From Phoronis australis (Eukaryota > Animalia > Phoronida), in NCBI GenBank assembly GCA_002633005.1, contig NMRA01000671.1, positions 99,916-163,915 of the forward strand: a stretch of DNA of 64,000 nt, written 5' to 3'. The stretch's first letter is position 1. The number at the start of each line of letters is the position of its first letter. A model generated the notes under the pieces. The model saw nothing but the letters and a program-made list of their open reading frames with translations. It did not search any database and was not told where the DNA came from. The position numbers were made by a program, and so were the translations under genes. Below, in pieces: positions 40,801 to 52,800 of the stretch.

Positions 40801-43800
40801 TTAAAGTGCTTTAAAATCACACCCACAGTATAACGCCATATGATTATCCCTTAGTGCAAGCAGTGTCGATATGGCAACTGAACAATGGAGTGTTCGAAAA
40901 ATAGGATAGCAGGAGTATTTGTTTAAACTGGGAACAAATGAAAGCATTAACGACCTCCTCAGAGGCATCTCTCTACGCGGTGCTAATAGGAACATAATTT
41001 GCCGAAAAGCATCCGGCATATGGAGTACCTATGGTATGATCACCGTCTCTAATGGGTCAGCGGTATTGTCTAAGGCCTAGGCAGCGAAGGGGCTGAACAA
41101 GTTAAAAAAACAATTGGTGATAATACTGAAACACACCTGGAAAACACCAAGATGCACCTTTCAAAAACACGTACCTGTATTTGAAAGCTATACTTCTTGC
41201 TCTTTCTTGAAATATGGTCCATAATATACTTTTCCTGCTAACAAATGATGCACTCATGTTTCCGAATGTTCCTATCTTGTTCACGTAAATTGGGTGTTTC
41301 AGATATTGGAAGTATAATTGATTTTCTTGGGAAATCTTGAATAACATCTGTATCACTTTCACCAACTTCAGCTTTAGTACTACTGCTGGTGCCTTGAAAC
41401 GTTGCTATGCCGTTCTATGTCCTTTTTGGTCTGACACTTGGTCCTCTAGTCTACAGCACTCAGCAGTATACTATGTAGGCTATACCAGGCCATTCAGCTG
41501 TTTTCTTCACAAACGTTTGTGACACCTCTTCTTCTTTTTATCTACTGATCTACAGAGTTCCACAGTCCATCAGCTTTCGTCAGGAAGCTTTCCTAAGCTT
41601 CTTTTTGCTCTGGCATCATAATTTTGTGCTGTTTGATAAACCTTGAATTATACAGGCATCACTCTCCATGAGAGCAGTAAGTAACTAAGCACAATAATAC
41701 AATCTGGCTTTCTGATTGGTCAATTCAATAGAAAAGCGCCACCAAGTGGCAGGAATGTGCATCATATTTTGTGCAACAAAAACACCTTTTTTTAAAAAAA
41801 ATGTGCAAGTGTAGACGTGGGAACTTTTTGGAATTTGATTTATAGGTATATTATCTAGCCACATAGAAAAAACTAGGTTGCCCCCCCCCCCCAAAGTACT
41901 CACAAGGATGAACGCTATGAGATCTGGCCCACCGACTATTACTTACTTCAGTGTTGCGTCGCCCAATGAGGTATATAGCTAAAGACGACACGACTATTCT
42001 CACAAGCCCGACAGCGCGTGACACGAGGTCCACCATATTCATGATGAATACAATGTAAACAAAAGCACGGTGGTCCTATGTAAACCGGGTAATTATCAGA
42101 ATAACATTTGAAATTTTAAATACTATCGAGGTTTTAAAACATTATTAACATAAAGCAATATGCACCTATGACCTACGAATTGCTTAAACGGTCATACATT
42201 TATAAACCAATGTAACACAAAATTTCTTCTGCTTTGGCTGAAATTGTCACGGAGTTCTGCTAGGGCCTGGAAGATTTTGCCAGTTCAGTCGAAAAGACAA
42301 CCACGGAAATGTATACAGTTTAGAAAATGGTATTTTCAGTGATTAACCTTTTTCGTCGTTATAATTGCATAGTACCTATTTTTCCTGTTTTGATTTTCTT
42401 TGTTTATTTACCCTCTAAGGGTCCAGGTTCATATTTTAATGGCACAGGTTCACTACAGAACAGCTGTAAATTATTGTTGCATAGAGAGATTACAAACTTG
42501 ACTGATCGTTTCAGTGATTGTTCGTTGGCTACTTTGGGCGATCTCAATGCCACAACAGGGAATCTGGTAGGCTTAATTTTAGGTGACAGCCCAAAATATT
42601 TGCCATGCCAGGACTAGTATGAAACGGATACATTTGGTTTGCCTAGGAATTCTAAGGACGAAAACTCTCATTCAGTTATGTCACGAACTTTGTATTCATA
42701 TTGTCAACGATCGTTTCCCCGGTGACACTAAGGGTGAGTTTACCTGTCTGTCGGGAGGCGGACGTACATATAGATTATGTATTATTATCTACTCAACTAT
42801 TTGATTTAGTTGAGGATTCTTTTTTTTAATGAATGGGATGAATCTGATCATCTACCAGTTATTTGTAAGTTTAGGTGTTGTAGGTCAGAGATCAACCCTG
42901 CTATGGTTCCATTGTTACACCCGCACAGCCAGATTCTGTGGGAGAACTCAAATGCACTGGCATTCTCTCGGGTTTTTTCAACTGGTGCTGAGAATTGTAC
43001 GGAAGCCATGGATCGTTATGTGGCTGGTGGCAATCTAGATAATGCGGTCAGATCCATAATGGATTTTGTGTCGCAGTAGGCCGTATCAATTATGAAAACT
43101 CGCACATCTACTAATAGTCAGACTAATGTAAATCGAAATTCGGCCACAAAGCAGCCACCCCGGTGGGATGATGAATTGGCTTCGGCCAAGCGAGTACAAA
43201 TATGGTCTTCAAAGCTGTTTCGTAAAAACTCATCTGTCTTTTACCTTAACGCGTATAAAGTAAAGAAGAAAGCTTTCTGTGATCTGTTTAAACAGAACGA
43301 GAAATGATATGAAGCCCAACGTATTGAAGCCATTAAACATTCCAAAATAACCCTAAGGAGATCTGGCAAGTAATTAAATCCAATATTTAGACATCTCGCA
43401 TATCTTCTACAATTCGTCCGCAGATATGGTGCGACTATTTTAAGCATTTGTTGAATCAAAATTGCGCTACTGACGAGTCTTTGAGACACTTTGCCACGCA
43501 GGAAATGATTGAACATGATATTTAATGTGTAAAGTGTTGTAACAATTTCCCATCTCATCTTAATACTGATTTCTTGCCTTCTGAAAAGTATGAGGCCATT
43601 GAACAATTGCCTGATGGCAAGGCTGGGGGTTATGATGGCGTGATTTTTGAAATGCTGAAGTGCACTAAGGTAACAATAGTGCCAGTCTTGCATAAGTTAT
43701 TTCATGCAATTTTTGATTATGGGTATTGTCCTCAGACTTGGTGTGACACAGTGCTTACTTCGGCACATAAACAAGGTAATATCAATGACGAAAATAACTA

Positions 43801-46800
43801 TAGAGATATCTGCTTGCTGTCTGCATTGGGGAAACTTTTTACCAAACTTTTAAATAATCGTCTTTATAACTGGGCTGAAAATAATAATAAACTTTATGAG
43901 TCTCAAGCTAGCTTAAGAAAAGGCTACTCCAAGAGTGTTTGCACTTCAAGCTATGTGTCACAAGTACATGTATTTGAGTAGGCAGGGTGGGAGATTTTAC
44001 TGTGCCTTTGTAGATTTCCTGAAGGCATTCGATCGAATCCCCCATAGTTTACTCTTCCATAGATTGAAAAACATTGAATATGTGCATGGTAAAATTTTCA
44101 ACATAATTCGCTCTATGTATAGTAAGTTGCGCACTTGTGTGAAAACTCAAGATGTTCTTACAGAGTTCTTTGATTGTACTGTTGGTACTCTTCAGGGTTG
44201 CATGGTCAGCTCTTTATTATTTGTGTTGTATTTAAATGAATATTTGGATCAACTGAGTGCGAAAAGTAATATTAATAGCACATATCTCAGCGAACAAGTG
44301 CCAAGACTTAACTCCCTGCTGCACGCAGACGACATAGTGTTATATTCCTCTAAGCCATCAACTTACTACGCAGGCTTAATTGTTTGGCATAACTTTGCGA
44401 ATCATGGGGCATGCAAATAAACTTGATGAAAACTAAAGTCGTTTTCAGAAATGGCGGTTCCCTTAGACGATATGAGAAATGGTTTTACAATGGAACATTG
44501 GTTGATGTGGTGTCTCATTACAAATACCTTGGACTACTTATTACTCCAAAAGTTTTGTGGACCAAAGCCATAAAGGCATTATCTAGTCAACCAAATAAAG
44601 GTGCCTCTGCAATTTGTAAATTAAAGCGAAGATGTCGTGATCTGCCCCCGTCAATAGCCTTTCACCTGTTTGATAAAATAGTTAACCCCTTTCTGTGTTA
44701 CGGCAATGAGATATGGGGCTTTAAGGAATACGAAGAATTGGAAAATGTACGCATTTTAGAAGTGGGCAGTTGTTGTTCAAACTCTGCAGTTATGGGAGAA
44801 TGTGGTCGATTCCCATTGTCTTCTAAATATTTTATTCCCTGTGTAAAATACTGGTTCAAAATACTGGAAATGCCTGGTAATCGTGGGGTAACAGCTGCAT
44901 ATGATATGCTTTTTCAGTAAGGTCTGACTGGAAGTTCGTCATATAATCGGGCAAGTTTTGTATGGAAACTTCTGTCTGTGTATGGTTTTTCAGATGTATG
45001 GATTAATCAGGGTGTGGTAAACCAAGCGTATTTCTTGACAGTTTTTTCTCAATGTCTCAACGACTGTTATTTGCAAGGCTGGTAATCGGATATCGAATGT
45101 AACGCAAAACTGCCTTACTATGTAAGGTATAAACCAATGTCTAGTCTAGAGAATTATCTAGAAATAGTATTCCATGTGTTTTTATCCAGTCTCTGACTCG
45201 ATTGCGATGTTCAAATCATTTGTTACTAGTGGAAAGAGGTGGCCACACAAATATTCCCTATGAAAACAGGTTGTGTGAGTTATGTAATTCTGGGTGTGTA
45301 GAGAACGAATACAACGTTGTGCTAGTTTGTAGTGGGTACCAAGACCTTCAGGTTAAGTACTTAAGTGATCGTTTTGTCATTCTCCGACATCTAAATTTGA
45401 ATCTCTCATGAGAACTCTGGATATCCTACTTATAAATTTCGTCCATCCCGTTCTAAAGCGCCACAATTTACATGTATTATCCACTTTGAAACGTGGCACC
45501 TTAAAATGTTTTGTCTTGTACATGATATACTTTGGGCCTATGGCCATGCGTATATGTCTCAATAAATCACAATTTTTCAGTCGTTTATAAACAGACAAGA
45601 CGATCAGCTGTCACCACTGCATTCCCAAAATTTTTAAGATGGGTCTAAAATTGTTTGACTCGACGCCGCTTGATTTATTCTAACAAAAAGATTTGAGGCA
45701 TGCGTTCGCATGAAACACTTGAACACTAAGTAGGAAATAAGTTAATAGAAACCCATGGAAATCAATGAGCATACAAACAGCAGTATGCGTGCATGTGAAG
45801 TCGTGTCATTGTATGAAACATTTGACCAATGGAAGTGTACATGCTTGTGAACATGTGCATATTTAAAATTTAGGGCATAGGCCAGTTTGAAGAAAAGTTA
45901 GGAGCAAAATTTTGCAAAACGATAGAGTTATAGAAACTTGCATGGTAACATGAATTTCAATGAAAAAAGAAGAATGCGCGACACCAAAAACACCTTGCAC
46001 TGGTTGGTAAGACACGCATATACATCGCTTAGCCGCGTGCGCCTGTGAACACCACAGCTTGGGCGCCCGAAGCCGGAAGGTCGGAGTATTCATTTGCACA
46101 GACCCGATTTCCCGAAAGGTGATTGGAAATGTCTACCTCACGTTACACCAAGGAATAATAATTACATCAATATGAAGACATTTTTTCAAAAAATAAAACG
46201 CTTCACTGATCCTTTTCTTTAACTATCTGGTATTACTTTTCCTAGTACCTAATTCATCTTAGCGTGGTGAACTGTTAATTTGTACAATTTGAAAAGACCT
46301 GATCTCACAATTCAAACAGTTGTGTCACAGACTTTGTTGTAAAACAACACGCTGCGGCACGTTCTTGTTATCAATTACTACTAATATTAATATTTACACC
46401 AATCAATGTAGGCCGTTTATCTGACAATGATGTGCGAAATCGCAGATTTTTTCTGTCAATAACAAGCGCACTTCCATCTGATTGGCCATTCAGAACGAGT
46501 AGGAAAACAAAAAGGTTCACACAGGAACAACACATTGTCATACTGTAACCATTTCAAACAAAGTTTTGATTTATTGCAAAATGTCACTATCAAGCAGAAA
46601 AACCACACCGTGACAGTAAAAAGGAAATGTCTAGCTGGTACCAAGTTACTGTACCGTACTGGTACACGCACTCCAATTCACCAAAAGTCAAATTTCAAGC
46701 AGCTCTAACTCAATACCTCCATTCAATTGGATCCGTCTTTAGTGGCACACAATTATGTTACTAGTACATTTATATTGACAACACCATGCCACAAAATAAA

Positions 46801-49800
46801 TATGAAAAAACTCAATGGTCCTAAACTCTACCTGCGCTGTCCTACATACACAGGCATAAATACACTGAAAGTATCATAAGACTACAAACAGAACAGCATA
46901 TTTAAATGATTAAGTCTCAAGTAAGACAGTTGTAGATTTTAACAGCATGCCAGGCTATATAACATTTGTCCCATGTCTTGAAGTCTACACACTAAAACAA
47001 CCACATTAATTTTACAGTTTGGAGAGACTTTACTAAAGTTATGCCTAAACTTGTCGGAGTTGAGAAAAAGACCGCATCTTGATCTGTACAATGCTATTTC
47101 GTTATCAACGATAACGAAATAATAGTTTTGTTGCGGTGTTCACGATTTAAATCACGATAATCATTTTAATGATCTACACGTATTTCTTTTTTTAAATGAC
47201 ATAATAGGGAACTGCATTAGTATCTACGCTCAGGCGACGTCTTCGTTTTGTTTTGTTTTGATTCGTGCTTTTGTACTAAATATGTTCTCCTTTGTTAACC
47301 GTGCCATTATCTTCATGTTTTTGCTTTCTTTACTGTTGGTATTTTGCTCAATATTATGATTTTCTTAAATGAACCGGTGCAAATTGGTTCACTTTCTGTG
47401 CTAAATACGTGTATTTAATGTATTGTCATTTACTTGTGTAGCAATATAAAATAACGGCCACGATAAAGGATTTGGTAGCCGGGCTATAGCTCTTATCAGA
47501 ACTTAGTTTAACGCATGCTGCTCTCTTTTCCTATCAGGTTACAAATGATCATATGGAAATACGTGAAGGTACAGAGGTCGTCGTTCAGTTTGCTGCAACC
47601 ATTCCACTGATAGGTGTCAATTGCAATCCAAAGAAAAAAGAGTGTGAAATAGTGTTTCACATCCAAACCTTGGAAAAAGCAGAAGAGAATCCTCAAACAT
47701 GTGTTACAGGCTTTGAACCTAAGATAATTGCCGCCACTTACGATTGTAGTCCAAAATTTATGGCATCGACTTATATCGGTGAACCCGATTTTATGTGGAA
47801 CAAAAACGTTCATGGAAAATTTAACGTATCCATCATGGCTTCGGTGGACGGTCAAAATGTTATGAATCGCAAAGCTACGCTGAAATTGTCTACAAACGTG
47901 CCTAATCCTGACGCGATAACTCGATATTCGGATGCAACTCATCCAGCGTGGCTTCGTCATGTGGTAGCAGATGTTTCGGCAAGTATGATTAACATTTGAA
48001 ATTAGGCAAGATTTGAACTGAATTTGTTCAATTGATTGTTTAAAAGGGTATTTGTCATGGGCAATGACTTTTTACGCTCACTTAGCTTATGAAGAAACAT
48101 CAGAATGTCACAGTGCTGGTCACAGCATCTACATGTACTCACCGGTTCTGCAAAAAACGTGGCATATTGTAGTAGTAAAGGTATCCAATGTATGCTACCA
48201 TGAAGTGCTATCACTGTAACAGGACGCAAGCCGATAATTTAAATGAAATATTCCCAATGCCATCGTGACATATGACAGTCACAGTCGCAAAAATAAAATT
48301 CAAATCCTTTACAAACTACGACATGGATCAGTTTCAACGTTGAGATTGTGGGTTTTTATTGTACAAGGATAAAACCCGAGGTGGTTCGTATAAAAAATAC
48401 ACGTGTTCGGTATGATGTATTAAAAACTTCTGGTGTGACAGTATAAAGCTATTACATATAACTGCCAAGTGAACATATTCGACCAATCAGAATTTGCGCC
48501 AAATACAAAACTAACCAATAGGGAAGAAGCTTGGGCTGGGATGTTTGTAAATACATGTCAAGACTTAAGAATAATAACTTCAAACTTAACATGTACAAGG
48601 AAATACCTAAACTAATAAACCATGAAAAACTGTCATGAACACATTCCAATAGAGATGAGTGTTGCTAGTAATAATTTTCTACCATGACGGCCAAAAATTA
48701 AAAGCATACATTGACAGTTTCGCTGAACCCCAATCGGCTAGATCACAACGATTGGACAGATAGCGCATTATGTTGCATCGATGATGAGCAGTATCGTTAT
48801 CTACCGCTAAGAGTCAGTAGAGTGACACAACCTAAATTTGATCTCGTCTCTGGTCACATTGTAAGGAGTTTCTCTGGAGGTAATTGCCTCCTTAATTGTT
48901 CGTTTCTTATCGTTTAATTTTGAGTCTCTAATCATGATGTCATTCCTGTCTTAGAGTAGGCTAGGCTACGTAGTATATATCTTTCAAGTGATCGATGACC
49001 GCAGAGTTATCACAAACATCAGGTGGTTTACGGCAACGTCTAATGACGATGAATCTGCATTTTGGGTCATGTCATCCAGGTGTTATTTAGCACGTACATG
49101 AAGAGGGCTGCCCGTGTCTTTAAAGGAGAATGCCGCCCGATTTAATTAGTCTTTTTTGCCGTCTTAATCGGTCTATATCCACATCGCCTTGCATACGGTC
49201 GACCTTACCTTGCCAAGAGCTGTCGCATTAACCTGTGAGGAAGGTGAGAAACGACGCTAGCGACGTCAGTGGTTCATATGCAGAGTGAATGCCGCTATGT
49301 TGCGGTGCATCGTTCCCGCCTGTCCGAATTTAGCAGCTGCGAGGAATGCGGGTATATCGTATTTTTTACTTCCTCGAGAGTCCGAAATGCTTAGGAAGTG
49401 GCTCATGGTAGTGAAGAATGAATTGTACGCTGTAAATAGCAACTATGAGGCCGTGAAACATCTCCGTGTCTGTGGCCTGCAGACGTCGACAGTGTCTCAC
49501 GAATGTCGGCTTACCAAATAACTCCATACGTTCCGTTGTCTGAGCTTGCTCACGGCATTTCTCTAGTATTTCTTCATCACTGTATTCCTGTTCGAATAGA
49601 TAGCCTGTAAAACTTAACGATCCACCTGCGAAGTCGGAACTGATGAGCTCTAGCTCGTCCTTAGTAGGGATTGCGAGCTGCCATGTTGGTGTTTATTACT
49701 GAGCGTTCTGTTTCAAAATGAATTATTCTCACCCTAACCAATACTTATATAAAACTGAAACAAAGTCTGTCTCATTAGATGCAATTTGTAATGCCTTTGG

Positions 49801-52800
49801 AGTGTTCGTGAGTGTACTGAATAAATCACTGCGTTACCGGCTTTAGGTGCAATAAAACTAATTGACGGGACACCGAGGCCGTGTGAGCTCATGCTGATTT
49901 AGTGCTTGCTGGCAGAAACTGTTGTGAAACAACCCGATTTCCATCCCACGGCCAGGTGTTAGGGGAATCTTTATTTACATTTGGCTGTGGCCAAAGCGGA
50001 ACCTGAATTAGATTTGCAGTTTCGTGGCTAATTCATCAACATAATCACGTGCACATTACTTTGGATCACAAGTATAGTAATTTCTTGACTGGAAGTTTAG
50101 TTTCCACTGAACTTTGGCTGGTTTATGTTCGTGATGTCTGATCAGTTTCCGAGCCACTGGCCGGGATAACGAGTCAATCCGGCCGGCCGCGACTGGCCTG
50201 ATCGGGCTCTGAGCCACTGGTCAGGAAAACAAGCGTTTTGTGTTTAGAACTCAACAAATCACAAGTCTAAACAACACAGATCTAGGTTCTCCTGTCTGTA
50301 TCTCACGGAAAATACTTCGAAATTATCTCCAAACAGTCCCCAAACTCCTGCTAAGTACCTTATTGGCCTGCCGACATTTGTAGGCTACGGTGTCTCCAAA
50401 TACCAATAAATCGATCCGTAAGAGCGAAATAAAACGACACGTTTTTATAAGAACTCGGTGTGTTTTTAAGAGTTTTACATCGAAGTTTGATGATTTATTG
50501 GTGTTAAACGATAACTTCAAGCGATAAGTTGATACCAGTAACCCGCGCTGTGAACTGCTGAACAGACTGTGTGTGAAACCGTTGACGTCATTGGACAATT
50601 TCAACACCTCCATCTGCCGCCAGGTGTCAGGTAACGAAACCGTACGTGTCGTTATGGAGTAGAACTACCCGATCTAAATTGATACAAATTAGGTTGTTTT
50701 TTGGGTGGCATGCTCCTTTATTGCAAGTCTCAGAAAAAACAAAGCAAAGGATTTAATACACCACACCAAATTTACAAGAGTCTTTAAGAACGCTTCCGGT
50801 CAACAGAAACTGTTTAATGTTGACCGGCGTTATAAATTGTCCCGATTTGTTTTTAGGGGTCTAAGATTTATGTTGAGACCTAATGCAAAAATCATCCATT
50901 TTCAACCCCTGAGACTGGCACACGCTGAAGCTGATCATTCTTGACAAATTTCCTTGAGTTAATGCTTGGTGTCTAATACAGAAGTGTGTACATGCAGCTG
51001 CCACATCGGCCCGCAAATACACTTCCCCAAATAGAACCTCACACGCATACGCACACACATGTACCTGTGATGACAGTAAAACGTTCACTGCAGAAACACA
51101 ACTCAGAAATAAACTCGTGTAAACTCACTGTGGGGCTTTTTCAGTCACAGTCTAACCACTTAGGAAATCTCAACATTTCCGGTGTCACGGTTCAAGTTCA
51201 AAGACACTGAACGGCTGATTGGGAAATCATAAAATCTGCGTGAACCTGATAACCCATATGTACGTAAGCGTATACTAAGCGTAATAGAAGTGATCTTTGC
51301 GCCTAGCCCAAGTTTCGTGCTAAGGCGCACAGTTGACACGGCCAGGTGATCAGGCACAACATGTTTTACTTCACCGTGGTGTCAGTTTTATGGGTGGCGC
51401 AGCACTGAAAAAAGTGGGGGCTGAAGCCACTCAGCCCCCCTGTGGTGCACCACCTACAGGCCATGGGCGGCACAGCACTGAAAAAAGTGGAGCTATAGCC
51501 CCGCCCCAGTCCCCTATGGGGCGCCGCCCACGAGTTTGCTCAGTGTCAGTTCTGTTTTGTTTCATACTTGCGCCCAATCATCTCGCTTTGGGTCAGCTGA
51601 TCCGAGTCTAACTTGGTTAGTCAGGGCTGCACGGGCCCCCAAAAAATTTTCAGGCATTAGGTTAAACTGTGACAACCGACATAGGCGTGGGGTCGGGGAT
51701 GGTCGAGAAAAGAAAGACTGCGAAATACGGATAAGAGAGAAAATTCAAGAGAACATTAAAAAACTCTGCATCTGACCCTGGCCAGGATATTGTCGTTAGG
51801 GTCTCCTCTTTTATAGCACAGGTCGTCTAAACGCACTTGAAAACGTGAAGGGAATTAATCATACATCATATATTTCGAAAAATCGAGAAAATTTGTAAAG
51901 CAAATTTACTGGATTTTCAAATTCAATAAGTCAGTTTTACATAATTCTAGATGTCCCTCACTGGCAAGGCGTAACGGAGACAATTTTCGCTTAATATTTT
52001 TCTCGAAACTGTATATTACTTGAAAAAATTGATGACCTGTCAGATAACATCAATTGCTGCGCATTCCCTGTTATTTGAAGATCTAGATATTTTCATGTTT
52101 AAGTACCCTGCTCTCGAATGAAGCTGTTGGTGACATTCCAGTTGCCACCCGTTTAACGTTTTTATTAACAATTTCTTAAGGGACCGCTTACGGAGAGAGG
52201 GCCCAATGTTGGAATCGATTGCGATGACTACTTTCAGTCATAGAGTTGAGTGAATAATCTGTAGAAAATTAAATCAATTACTGGACTTACGGATTGGGTT
52301 GGCTACGTTGCGTCCTCCTTTCGAGGACTTCTGCATGCCGCTGATATGTCACGTAACTTATCATGTGATCAACGGCACAGTTTGCGCGGGATACTCTTTA
52401 TTGCCCAATCCCATGTCAACTCAATCCGTAAGTCTAGTAATTGGTTTAATTTTCTACATATGTTGGAATCGACTCTTTCTATTAACCTATTTCTGTGAAA
52501 TCGTGCAACCAGTTTTCATGTTGAAGTAGGTCACTCCCTGTATCGTTTTGGGACCACAGGATAATGAAATGCACTGTCACTCTTTTTCCATGAAGCTTAA
52601 TGATGTTTAGCCTTTCATCTTATGGTGTCCCATTTCAGACAGTGCCCTTTCTTGGTGGAGCAGTTCGGGAAAATATCCCTTTGTCCATTTATACATGTTA
52701 ATCCGACGCTGCAAAGCACGATGGAAGTTGAGATTCCAAATTCATCAAAAAACGCAAAACATTTCGTGCACATCACAGCCATTCGACCCAAACTGCCAAA

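Noticed and set aside
42330-45570. RT as a retron, DGR or other novel RT system
   Set aside because: The APE endonuclease, RT motifs and C-terminal cysteine motif fit an ordinary decayed LINE.
49638-49662. CTGATGAG-CTCTAG-CTC hairpin like a hammerhead core
   Set aside because: It is not followed by GAAA, so the catalytic core is incomplete.
49900-50613. Coding-like - strand stretch next to the Kolobok relic
   Set aside because: No recognisable motif or splice-consistent frame found by eye.
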